Shown here in pieces: positions 1-11,363 of a stretch of DNA of 43,853 nucleotides (positions are counted from its first letter, which is position 1; each line of letters begins with the position of its first letter). Source of the stretch: Chiloscyllium plagiosum (Eukaryota); assembly GCF_004010195.1 (NCBI RefSeq), contig NC_057720.1, positions 14,043,347 to 14,087,199 on the forward strand. The letters run 5' to 3'. The translations under genes were made by a program, and so were the position numbers. The notes below the pieces were generated by a model. The model did no database searches. It was not told the DNA's origin and saw only the letters and a program-made list of their open reading frames with translations.

Positions 1-1315
1 GAAATTGGTGCCATGTTCCTAACCTCCCTACACTCCAGGTCCTGCACCCTGAAGCTACAATCTGGGTTTCCATGCCCCTGCAGAGTTAGTTTAAACCCCC
101 CCCAAGAGCACTAGCAAACCTCCCCCCAAGGATACTGGTGCCCCTCAGTTTCAGGTGTAGACCATCCTGTTTATAGAGGTCCCACCGTCCCCAGAAAGAA
201 CCCCAGTTATCCAAATACCGGATTCCCTCCCTCCTGCACCATCCCTGTAGCCACGCATTTAAGTGTTCTCTTTCCCTATTCCTCGACTCTCTATCACGTG
301 GCACGGGTAACAAACCAGAGACAACAACTCTGTTCGTTCTAACTTTGAGCTTCCAACCTAGCTCCCTGAAAGCCTGTCTAACATCCTCGGCACTCCTCCT
401 ACCTATGTCGTTGGTGGCAATGTGGACCACGACTTCGGGTTGCTCCCCCTCCCCCTCCCGGACCCCGAAACCACGATCAGAGACATCACGTACCCTTGCA
501 CCTGGGAGGCAACATACCAATCGTGAGTCTCTCTCGTTCCCACAAAACCGCCTATCTGTGCTCCTAACTATCGAGTCCCCAATTACTACTGCTTTGCTCT
601 TCTTCACCCTTCCCTTCTGAGTAACGGGGACAGGCTGCGTGCCAGAGGCCTGAGCCCCGTTACTTGCCCCTGGTAAGTCGTCCCCACAAGTATCCAAAAC
701 GGTATACTTGTTCTTGAGGGGTACGGCCGCAGGGGGTCCCTGCACTGGCTGCTTCCTCCCAGTCCCCCTCACTGTCACCCATCTATCTCCCATCTTTGAC
801 GTTACTACTTCCCTATAACTCTGATCTATGACCCCCTCTGCCTCCCGAATGATCCTAAGTTCATCCAACTCCAGCTCCAGTTCCCTAACACGGTCTTGGA
901 GGAGCTGGAGATGGGTGCACTTCCTGCAAGTGTAATCGGCAGGGACGTCGATGGCATCCCTCACCTCATACATGTTGCAGGAGGAACATTGCACTGCCTT
1001 CACTGCCATCCCTCTAAAGCTAACTTTTATTTAAAAAAAAAACTGGTTCCAAAGAATACAACAAGCAAAATTCAGCACTTACCTACGCGCTTTTAAAGGG
1101 GGAAAAAAATCTACCCAGGTAAGCTTACACTAACTGCTTCCGGGTCTCGGCTGCCCCTCTGGTCGTTGTCACTTCCCCCTGGTGCTCCCGCTCTTTCTGT
1201 GAAGAGAGAGTGAAAGAGAAAAAAAAAACACCGCTGCCCGCTACCGGTAAGCACTTTTAAAACCAAACCGTCTTACCTTCGCTGCTGCTCGCACTGGAAA
1301 TTGATGACATCAGAA
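1..1315 (-). mobile_element. 5' end of a young, probably full-length CR1-clade LINE (5' UTR + ORF1; ORF2 expected beyond the left edge)
   Basis: Intact esterase ORF1. The upstream 1010-1315 segment retains CpGs, unlike the CpG-depleted flank. The exact 5' boundary is uncertain. Confidence 0.85.
86..1009 (-). CDS. CR1-clade LINE ORF1 protein (N-terminal zinc finger + leucine zipper/coiled coil, C-terminal SGNH/GDSL esterase)
   Basis: Uninterrupted 307-aa ORF. CSSC...CRKC is followed by a heptad-like LQLLQDRVRELELELDEL. SGNH blocks: VVIGDS, LPGA, VVVHIATND, DGLHL. Confidence 0.93.
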   Translation of the reverse strand: MAVKAVQCSSCNMYEVRDAIDVPADYTCRKCTHLQLLQDRVRELELELDELRIIREAEGVIDQSYREVVTSKMGDRWVTVRGTGRKQPVQGPPAAVPLKNKYTVLDTCGDDLPGASNGAQASGTQPVPVTQKGRVKKSKAVVIGDSIVRSTDRRFCGNERDSRLVCCLPGARVRDVSDRGFGVREGEGEQPEVVVHIATNDIGRRSAEDVRQAFRELGWKLKVRTNRVVVSGLLPVPRDRESRNREREHLNAWLQGWCRREGIRYLDNWGSFWGRWDLYKQDGLHLKLRGTSILGGRFASALGGGLN

Positions 1316-1924
1316 AGGAAAGACACCAGTCAAAAAAAGCATGCGTTAAGAGAGGTTTTAGACACTGTACTAGAGAGCTGTTTGAAAACTTAATATGTAC
1401 AGGTGTAAATAAAGGAGTGTTACAGGTCATAAGGGGTAGAAGAGCCTTACATGTGAATAAGGCACAAACCTCAAGGACAGTGTATGTGCACATATCTGCA
1501 GCCTGAGATGCTGCAGACCAGGATCTGAATGTACAGGTAGCTTAAAGCACAAGATAAAGAATGGTGGCAGTATGCAGGAAACGAAAGCCTCAAGAGCCAG
1601 GATCTGAAGTCAACTTAAAATTGAAGCCAAGGGACACAGCTGAAAAGTGAAGACTCTGCATGCAGGACAAGGTGCAGAAGATTCTGTTTAAACAAAAGCT
1701 GAAAAGAGAATTGATGCTGAAGGCTGGAAAAAAGACCTTGCAAGATGAGATGACAGACTAGGAAGAATCTGAAGGGCAGGAAAAAGAACTTCAGAGGACC
1801 TTGAAGCCTAACCACAAACTAACAATACTTTGGAGAGGAAAAATACAGAAACATAATGTTTTGCTCGTAAGAAGGAAAAACCCAAGAACTCACACAGATC
1901 AGTCAGGTCCAATAGTCTGTAGAG

Positions 1925-2800
1925 ATGGCAGTTCTGTTTGACAACCTGCCTAAACCTCAACCATTTTACAACATGGAAGACCCACTAGGAGGCTGGAAGT
2001 GGAGCTCTGGAAACATCAGTTTTAGTGCTGTACACCGGCTTCAGAATTACACCAAGGCTGAATGCTTAATTTTACATTCTGTAGGCCCAGTAGCTGATGA
2101 TGTCCCAATAAGACAAAGCATGAAAGAAACACTATTGAGCACAACGCTTTGATTAAAGTGTTCAATGTGTATTTTAATCCTTGAAGTAATATAGTGACAG
2201 AGCTAGCAAGATTCAGTCATGATCCTGGGTTTTGGGAGAATCAATAGAAGAATTTTTAATGGATCAAGATCTCCTGATTGAGTACAGAGCTTTGAAAGAC
2301 TAATTAGAGACTGCATAGCAGTCAGTGTAAGGGATGAGAATTTTCAGACTTCTTTCAGGGCAAGGAGGGATTAATGGTGATGCAAGTGATCCACTTCCTA
2401 TGCAGGAAGAAATCAAGATCAATAATCAGTCAGTATTGCAAGGAAACATTGTGGATTCATCTGGCATGGCCAAATGGGCAGGCTGCAAGTTCACCCTTCT
2501 GAAAGCCTGCTAAAACATCAAAAGGACGGGGATCTATGTCATTGACAGTATTAAATTGTACATACTGAGACTTCAAACAGAATCACAAGTGCATTGACTG
2601 TCCAGGAGAGGGAGTTAAATGTGGCCAGTTAGGTCACTTTAGAAAGTATTATGAGTTAGCAGCACACTCATCCCTGAAAGACAAAGAAAAGGTTGTGTAA
2701 AAGGAAAATTCCCAGTAAAATGGAAATTATGCAGCTAGGAATAATCTAGAGGTTCAAAACAAAAAGGTAAAGACAACTTTTCTGGGGGACATCAAAAGAT
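1925..2800 (+). pseudogene. Decayed Ty3/Gypsy gag
   Basis: Collinear motif remnants with stops and frameshifts: PKPQPF..W.W, LILHSVGPVADDV, LIRDCIAVSVRDE (~2300-2340, cf. LIRDRIVVGIRD), zinc-knuckle remnant CPGEGVKCGQLGHFRK (~2600-2646) and TFLGDIK. A PBS-like TGGTGGCAG lies near 1563. Confidence 0.7.
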
Positions 2801-4904
2801 TCGAAAGAGATTCCAGACCATCAATTTGAAGGCTCATTGTATTGAAGCAGAGTTTAACACAAGAATGGCTATTCCAGTACAATCATGGTTAACTTCTGTG
2901 AGAGTCAGATATGTGAATGCAACATTCTAAAATCCTGGAGGTTGATGGTTTTAAGGTTGATGGGAAAATTACGATGGATTTAGTCACAGAGGGTGAGGTG
3001 GAACACTATATGTACAATGAAGAATCAAAATGCTTTGCTATTGAGCAGAAATGTGCACGTTAATTTTGATCTCTGTGAGAGAGTGAATATAATACTTCTT
3101 AAAGAAGGTGGGAGGGAGTTTCCATGGACACTATTTGTGCAGACATCCACAAATTTGAGGCAAGCCAGATAGATATGACACTAACTAGCTGAATTACCTT
3201 AAAACACAAGATAAAGAAAGTGGACTTTAGAGTGGATGAGGATATGAACTGTCGAATTTTGGATAAGCTAGAAAGTATGGAGGACAGGAAGCAGGGGAAT
3301 AATCAAACCCAGAAAGGCAAGAGTTTAACCTGCAGATGGGCTGAGGGAACAGTGGATTTGAGTGATTTTATGTCGTCAGTAGTCTTTGTGATGGAGAATG
3401 CAGTCCGAAATTCAGTTTGAGTTTCATGGAAGCTGATATGTTGAGCAACTTGAGCTGATGACAGTGAAAGGGAGAAAAGCAGCAGCGAGCAGACATAGAA
3501 TTTGTGGTGGAGACTGAAACCGGTGGCTTCAGATTCCTTCAGACCAAATTGAGGAAAATCACTCCGGACCGGGTGGCAGAGAAAACAGGCTGACCACAGA
3601 AAGTGGAGGGGGGCAGGGCTACACTAGCAAAGAGGAACCTCCACAAAGAACATGCTTGCAATGTGGAGAGGAATCTCCTCTCCCCTGTAACGTCAATTCT
3701 GTTTGGGATGTTCAAACACATTTGTCCTCACCTCGAGAGAACATTTTAAACCTGTGCAGGAGCGCACAGATAACTCTTACTAACCTTTCATGAGAATATC
3801 CTGTTTGATGAGTATAAATCCTGTAAGATGACAAATAATCACATCAGCCTGCCATGTCAGCTGGTAATTTTAAATAACAGGGACTGTGATTTGCATGTCA
3901 CGGGATGCCACTGGTAAGAAACTCATGTTATTCTGCCATCATAGAGGACTGGAATGACATGACTTAATGTAATCTGTCATGTCATATGCTAATCTTCATC
4001 TATTACTTGAGTGCTGTGAGTAAATGGAAAGCTTTTGGTGGAAAATCCCCCAGCTTTCTGCTGTTCACCAGTGGATTTTTAAAACATATATATATATAGT
4101 ATACTTAAACAGGGTTGCGTATTGATTGGTTTAGAGCGTCTTAATTCACCCACCTATCAAAGCCACTGCGAGAAACCAGTCAATGCACAATTCCCAAATA
4201 TCTATGAATAACTTTCATGACGCTAAGAGATGAAGATGTGACAGGTGGGAGGGAGTTGTATTAAGATTAATTAAATTATTTAAAAGTGCAATTTGTTTTA
4301 AAGACCAGCTTCACGCTAAAGAGTCAATTTCCCACACACTAGCCATGGCAGTGTCTCCAAAACCCCTCCAAATCCTGGATGCTTTCCACTGTACGTTGGC
4401 ATGTATCATGTGGTAGCACATTCCCTCGGAAAGTCAATAATCGGGAGGGAGTCAGCAGGCAGGAGCATAATCGAAGTTTTTAAACGATGTTGTGATCCAC
4501 AAGGGAAGCTCAAGTGGCCTACAATTGTCATCTGAACCCTCAGACTGTGTTGCTGCCTTTGACACTCCCCCAGATATTGATTAAAGTATGCACAGTACTA
4601 TGCACAAAGTGTCAAACACTATTCCAAACAGAAGCGTTTAGCCATGAGTGCAAAAACCTCAGGACAGTTTACACTGATGGACATGTGCCACAACCTGCTT
4701 TCCACGGCATACGGTCTCCATCTCACTGTCTGTAAAGAGATAATATAATTCTATTTGCAAAATAATCATTCTTGGTATCACTCTGGTAAAACCACTGACA
4801 GATCTGGGCATAAAAGTTTGCAATTTAGCAATGTTGAGAAACCCATTGCTGCAATGAATAAATTGCAAAATGATAATTGTAAAAGAGATTGGAAAAGAAG
4901 AAAA

Positions 4905-5085
4905 AAGTTTATATTTATGTAGCACCTTTCACAAAGTAATTTACAAGGAATAACATACCTTTAAAGTGTAACGTGGGAAATGTGACAGCCAATTTATGCA
5001 GGTCACAAAAACAGCAATGAGGTAAATGACCAGATAATCTGTTTAAATGATGGTGGTTGAGGAATAAGGTTTGACCAGGGCATGT
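4905..5085 (-). mobile_element. Deu-domain SINE (SacSINE1-like) fragment
   Basis: Recognisable blocks atttatgtagcacctttcac, cagccaattt and aacagcaatgaggtaaatgaccagataatctgttt. Confidence 0.65.
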
Positions 5086-5189
5086 TCCCAAGATGATATT
5101 GTTGGCATCTGTTGATAGATGCCACCAGTACCAATAAGTGGCATCAGTGGAATGGATGGAGTCGATGTAATTTGAACATTAAAGCAACA

Positions 5190-5365
5190 GAGGTAGTTCC
5201 AGAGATTGGGAAGGTGTGAATTCTTGGAAAGATTTGAGAATAAAGCTTAACGTTTTAAAATTGAGATGTTACCAGGTCAGGACCCCAGTGTAGGTTAGTG
5301 AGCACGGGGGTCGGTGAAGGGACATACTGGGACATAGGATCCAGACAACAGAGATGTGGGTTGCC
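5190..5365 (-). mobile_element. L2-clade LINE RT C-terminal fragment
   Basis: Minus translation TPVLTNLHW.P resembles the L2 motif ITPVLxxLHWLPV. Confidence 0.6.
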
Positions 5366-6529
5366 TTCATACCAGCTGGGAACAAGAGAAGCAAGACTGG
5401 GATACAAAAGGGAATAAGTTAGGGCATGTACAAGAAAAAAAACATTTAAAACAGAGAAGGAGTTGAGTGTAATCAGTAAGACAAATGGACTGGACCTGAT
5501 AGATTGGCAAAGGGCCAGCTTTTTAAAAGTCATAATCAATTAGCATTTAGTTGCAGATGAGCAAATACTTAAAGTGATTGTAAATGGAAAACTTTTAACT
5601 GGTCTGTGCCTTTCAAGAGGGGAGACTTACAACAAGATAATTCTCTTTACTATCAATGAGTCATCGGCTGAGGACTGAAACCATTATCTATCTGTTATTA
5701 TGGACATGGCATTGTCCTTTGCTTTTTCTGTGTAGTCACTATAATTTTGAAAAATAGATCAGCCTAATACATCTTGATAAATACGAACAATCTTGTTCAC
5801 GACTGCTGTGGGATTCACTTCATATCGTATATCATTCTAAGTCCTGTCAGCCAGATGCCACTCACAATCCAAATACTGCAAAAATATAAATGTAATACCT
5901 TTATACATCACCTATGAGTCAGTCAGATGTTCAATACAATTCAAGAGGGTTCTATACTTAAGGCACATAACATCAAAATAATATTTAAGATGATTGAAAA
6001 GCTTTGATTTGGGAGTGTATTCTTTTAAGCTAAGTGCTCTGTGAGACCAGGCAGAAATTCAATTGTTTAATTTTAAAATGTTTTCTGACCAAAATTATAT
6101 CAAATCTTTGCGTCTCAATAGAAAAACATGGAATTGGATTGTTGACCGGACCCCCTAATGTCAGAGTCAAATCTAATTTTCTGATGGCATCTCCACATCC
6201 TGTCTCACAAAATATAAAAATATTGATACAATTGTAATGGATAATTTTCAGAAGTAGAAACCTGCTGTGCATGCAGGAACTCGAAGTACAGACTTTATAC
6301 AACATGACTGCAGCTGTGTCTTTTCAGACTTCCTTATTATACTGAATGTTATTGCTGCATTCCCTTTAACCATTTGCTTGTCATTTTGTAACATAAGGGT
6401 CTTTTCAGTGCCACATTTGCTCATTTCTAAACTAAGATTCACTGTATCTTTCAACTGGTGAATAGTTATGTCTGTAAAGGTGCAGGCTTGAAATAGGTGA
6501 CTAAAGTTACCACGCAGTATAAATCAAAT

Positions 6530-6784
6530 AATCATAGAATCACCACAGTGCAGAAAGAGGCCATTCAGTCCATCAAGTCTGCATGGACCCTCCAAAGAGC
6601 ATCCCGCTCAACTCAGTTCCCTAAGCTATCCCCGTAGCCCTACATTTACCATGGCCAATCCACCTAACCTCCACATCCTTGGATACTGCAGGCAACTTAA
6701 TTTGGCCAATCCACATAATCTGCATATCCCTGGATACTACCAATAATTTACCGTTGCCAATCCACCTAACCTCCACATCTTTGT
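6530..6784 (-). mobile_element. HE1-type SINE 3' part with an internal ~51-bp unit present three times
   Basis: CR1-like tail plus three copies of ccaatccac(c/a)taa(c/t)ct(c/g)ca(c/t)atc near 6655, 6706 and 6757. Confidence 0.75.
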
Positions 6785-6807
6785 ACCCTCCTTCTCTGCC
6801 CTCTGTA

Positions 6808-6848
6808 TCTCTCTCTCTCTCTCTCTCTCTCTCCCTCTCTCCATCTCT
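6808..6848. repeat. (CT)n microsatellite
   Basis: Direct reading. Confidence 0.95.
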
Positions 6849-7754
6849 AATGAGTGAGCAGATCTGTGGTCTGGTCAGACTATAGCAATTTTACCTTCAC
6901 CTTACCACTGTGGCAATTCTGAATGAGTTTTGGTGTCCCACTATTTTAATGCCTGCATTAGTTGGATCATCTTGCTGGGTAAGTTCTTAACTTACAGTCA
7001 GCCAGCAACCTAAGGTGAGGAAGAGATACACCCCTGTAACTTGAAATCTTTCCTGTGTGAAAATAGCAACCCATTCTCAACCTTTCTGCATATTTTAAGA
7101 GCTTGCTGGTTTTGCATATTAATATTTAGTTAATCTCAGGACTGGCCCTCAATGTCATAAATTTTTAGACACTTTTAAAATTTCAGTTTTTAACACTGTT
7201 TTCATATTGACGTTTTATTGGATTTTCTCTTCCTTTTGGTTTAATCTTTTCTTCTTTACTTCAGATTGTCCCTAATTTGAATTTAAATGAGGTCCACACA
7301 TTCCCTGTCTCTATTAAACATAACTATGTACAAGGGATAGTGAGGAATGACGTGCTCCTGTAGCCTGACTGACTCAGGCTCCAGTGCCAAGTTCCGGAAT
7401 CACACAAGAGCTATGCCACAGAAAGAGCCCATTCTGCCCAGCAAGGCTGCAACATTTCCCCAAATGAACATAATGATTTGGAACTATTCTCTTGCCTTTC
7501 CTCCATAGCCTTGCATGTCTTTTCTGTTTAAATGATTCCTGCGCTGTGTGGACACCATGTTGCGACTCTGCCTGACAGTCAGTCTGCTGGGGGTCTGCAT
7601 ACTGCTCACAGAAGCCAGTTAGCTGCTATGATGCCTGCTTCCTAATGTCTTTTCCGTTTTTAAATAAACTAAACCAGGGAGTTAATAAGGCAATTCTCAT
7701 GAGCATGATAGAGGTTATGATGAGGAGAAAGGTAATGCTTACATAAAGTTGAAG

Positions 7755-8052
7755 TTTAAAATAAGGGGTTGTCCATTTAAGATGAAGATGGGGAAAACAT
7801 ATCTTTTCTCTCAAAGGGTTTTGAGTCTTTGGAATTCCATTCCTCAAAAGATAGTGGATCCAGAATGTTTAAATATTTTGAGGCAGAGGTAGGTAGGTTC
7901 TTGATTTCCAAGGGGAAACTAGGATTTTTGGGATATGCAGGAATGTAGAGTTATTGTTAAAATCAGATCAGACATGACCTTAATGAATGGTGAAACAGGC
8001 TTGAAGGGCCAAGTGGCTTACTTTTGTTCCTTGTTTATATGTCCATATGTTC
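7755..8052 (+). mobile_element. CR1 LINE 3' end, decayed
   Basis: End of ORF2 (FKIRG.PF...FSQRV..LWNS.P) followed by a CR1 3' UTR tail. Confidence 0.75.
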
Positions 8053-8514
8053 ATAAGGGCCAGGAAACCTTATATTCTTCAAAATGAATGGGAGGATGTG
8101 AATGGAACTCCACACCGAAGTCTTGCCCTGAGGATTTCACTGCAGCGCCAGATAAAGTTCAGTAACCACACATAGGGGCAATCCAGACCACTCAGCCACC
8201 TTCAGGTACCACCTAGTACTCACTGTACCACCAACTTCTCTTGCTGCTCAACGCATCGCAAACTTATCACTCACCCGTCACGATCAGAGATCACATCTAA
8301 CATTCAGGGACACCTTCAAACACTTACCAGTGTTGACAGTCTCATATCTTCAGATGCAGTGTTGCAAAACTGAAATTGTTTGGCCATAACATAGGAAGAA
8401 TAAAGAGTAGCTGCAACATTTCATTCTTTGACACAAGGCACCATTTTCTGATGCCATGGCTCCAACAGTCTGATCACATTCTGTATATTCTCATAGGCTG
8501 CCACTATAAATTGA

Positions 8515-8716
8515 GTCACAGACAGCTATGGGGTAGAGTCCTTGTGTATTTTTAAGGTCGAGATACTTAGATTCGTATCAGTAGGGGAATGAAGGGTGAT
8601 GGGAAATCGCAAGAAAGTGGATGTGAGGAATGTTGGATCAGCCATGATCCTATTGAGTAACAGAGTAGGCTGGAGGGACTGAATGGCCTACTCCCTTTCC
8701 TATTCCTTATGTTCTT
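8515..8716 (+). mobile_element. CR1 LINE 3' UTR fragment
   Basis: gatcagccatgatcctattga...gaatggcctact...tccttatgttctt tail. Confidence 0.75.
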
Positions 8717-8842
8717 CCAGACTAAATTGTACAATATCAATTTTAGCAACAAATGTGCTTTAAGCTGTCTCAGTGATCTTGGCTCATAATTAAAAATCAC
8801 CCAACACCAGGTTATAGTCCAACAGGTTTAATTGAAAGCATA

Positions 8843-8873
8843 CTAGCTTTCGGAGCGACGCTCCTTCATCAGG
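8843..8873 (-). ncRNA. Minimal hammerhead ribozyme core (Penelope-type)
   Basis: Minus strand reads CTGATGA-A-GGAGC-GTC-GCTCC-GAAA-GC-TA: intact core boxes and a perfect 5-bp stem II. Confidence 0.65.
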
Positions 8874-8887
8874 AGGACTCAATCGTA

Positions 8888-9080
8888 ACACAGTGGCACA
8901 GTGGTTAGCACTGCTGCCTCACAGCGCCAGAGACCCGGGTTCAATACCCGCCTCAGGCGACTGACTGTGTGGAGTTTGCACGTTCTCCCCGTGTCTGCGN
9001 NNNNNNNNNNNNNNNNNNNNNNNNNNNCTTGTTGGGCCGAAGGGCCTGTTTCCACACTGTAAGTAATCTAATCTAATCTA
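8888..9080 (+). mobile_element. HE1-type tRNA-derived SINE (spans N gap 9000-9027)
   Basis: A box tggcacagtggttagc, B box ggttcaatacc, CR1-derived tail gggccgaagggcctgtttccacactgt and (taatc)n end. Confidence 0.9.
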
Positions 9081-9816
9081 ATAACCTGGTGTTGTGTGAT
9101 TTTTAACTTTGTACACCCCAGTCCAACATCGGCATCTCCAAATCATGGCTCATAATGGTTTCTTTTTCCTCAGTATTTCTTACTGAGGTCTTCCCTTTTG
9201 CAAGGCTTTAGGGATGTTTATTATTTTGTAAGCACTTCTGGACTCTGGAGGAATTTGGCAATGACGTCACAGATCTGCTTATCACTGGGCATGAATAGCA
9301 CAGAATGGGTGGTGTTAGATCACTCTAGAATGAGACAAAATCTTGAATCACATAGACATGAACACAAGAAGAATATAACTTAATGCTTAATGTTGCAACT
9401 ATTGGTTATATCAATGAATACCATGCATGGCAGTATTTAGTATTAACATATAATAAATAGATAGCTTTGTGTTGAAGTCTAAGCCTAAAGATAATTCCTA
9501 ACTTTGCCGTCTCCTTGACCACTCTGTGTGGAAGCCAAACTTGTCATATGGCATCAACCCACATGATAAATGATGGTGACAGCTATGGAATTCACTGCCT
9601 GGAAAATCATTGCAGCAGTGAAGATTAAGAAACAGATCTGAGAACGTTTAAAGAAAATAATTCAAAGAGTTATTTCCAAGAAACAGCTTTCAGGCTAGTA
9701 AGCAGCTTGAAAAGCCACAGAGTTGAACAATTGCTGTGAAGGAAACATTTCTGAAGAAAAGCTCCTCCAGAAAAAAAAACACACAAACACCGTAAGTTTC
9801 AAAAAGCCTTTCTTGA

Positions 9817-10100
9817 TTAGATCACCCACAGTGTGGAAACAGGCCCCTTGGCTCAACAAGTTCACATTGACCCGCCTGAAGAGTAACCCAACCAGACCCA
9901 TTCCCCTACACTACATTTACCCCTGACTAATGCGCCTAACACTATGGGCAATTTTAGCATGGCCAATTCACCTGACCTATACATCTTTGGATTGTTTGAG
10001 GAAACCAGAGCAAACCCACACAGACAGTCGCCTGAGGTGAAATTTGAACCTTGGTCCCTGGTGTTGTGAGGCAGCAGTGCTAACCACTAAGCCACCATGC
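9817..10100 (-). mobile_element. HE1-type SINE
   Basis: A/B boxes on the minus strand; body homologous to 28127-28446. Confidence 0.88.
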
Positions 10101-10704
10101 AGCTAGTAGTAGGGGAAACAAACCTATAGCAATTAATGAGAGCAGCAATAACCTACCAACACCTTGGGAAGAAATCCCAATCAAGGACCAATGAAAAGTG
10201 GTCAATGTTTGGACATGTAGCACCCATTTCATCCCTTAAGGGGAGAGATAAGAAACCATTGTTTTCACCTGTAAAACTAGGCTAGTAACACAGATAACAC
10301 TTCCAATAATGGATTAACAATTTCTGAACAACTTACTTGATGACAAGAGTAACAATGACAAATTAAGATAATTTTTCATGTCCAGGTTTAAAAAAATCAA
10401 TTGAGAAGTAAGATTTGGGAATAAAAATCATTATTACAGTTTAGTGTATCAGGCACCCTAACAGTGTAACCTATGAAACCTTTATTTTTTCAAGGGTTTC
10501 AATGATAAATAAGAATTGTCAATTTTATTCATTAAAATACTAAAATCAGATAAAGAAAAAGAGTGGGAAATCTAATCACATGGTGTTGAATTTGAGACGG
10601 AAAGATCTCGACACAAAAAATTGAGGTGAGTTGGATCATGACAGCCACCTTTGATACAGTAAATTTAACTATTTAATCACATTCATGCTTAGGGTTTCAA
10701 CTGT

Positions 10705-11268
10705 TCAGACATCAGTGAGTCCTCTTCTGGGGTACTGCATCCAGTTCTTGTCTCCCTGTTACAGGAGGGTATTATTAATCTGGAGAGGGTTCAGAAGAGA
10801 TTTACTAGGATGTTGTAGAAATGGAGGATTTGAGTTATAAGCTGGATAGGCCGAGACATTTTTCACTAGAATGCAGGAGGTTGAGGAGTCATCTTATAGA
10901 GGTTTATTAAATTATGAGTGGCCTGGCTAAGATGAATGGCAGGTATCTTTTCCCGGGGACGGGATGTTGGCTGTTTCAGGACGAAGGGGCATGTTTTAAA
11001 GGTGAGAGGAGAAAAATTGAGAAAAGACATAAGGGGCAATTTTTTTTACAGAGAGTGGTTCGTGTGTAGAATGAACTTCCAGAGGAAGTGGTGGTTGCAT
11101 CTACGATTACAAAATTTAAAACACATTTAGAGAAGTACATTTGAAATGTTTGGAGGGATATGGGCCAAAGGCAAGCAGGTGGGACTGCTTTAATTTGGGA
11201 TTAAGGTCAGCATGATCTGGTTGGACCGAAGGATCTATTTCCATGCTGTATAACTCCATGACTGTATA
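10705..11268 (+). mobile_element. CR1 (HER1-like) LINE 3' fragment
   Basis: Decayed YCIQF.SP, LERVQKRFTRM, GHVLKVRG motifs and a 3' tail. Confidence 0.85.
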
Positions 11269-11363
11269 ACACTTAACAATATAAGGGAAAAGCTTCTCTA
11301 CATGAAGAACAGAAACCTAGGACAAACCCATATTATTCGTCCAAATAAGAAAACAAGCAGCCG

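Larger units (their letters stand above)
8791..9145. mobile_element. Penelope-derived palindromic short element with an HE1 SINE in its centre; 11-bp TSD
   Basis: Inverted arms taaaaatcac.caacaccaggttat / ataacctggtgttgtgtgattttta. Direct repeat tggctcataat at 8780-8790 and 9146-9156. Confidence 0.75.

Noticed and set aside
345..620. 91-aa antisense ORF inside LINE ORF1
   Set aside because: Shadow ORF of a GC-rich coding strand; no independent support.
2810..3480. Possible very old L2-like endonuclease on the minus strand
   Set aside because: Only faint motif echoes (ITKT, HGNSL, NLKTIN); too weak to call without an HMM search.
6030..6461. Overlapping short ORFs or a possible exon
   Set aside because: No recognisable protein motif and no convincing donor/acceptor pair.
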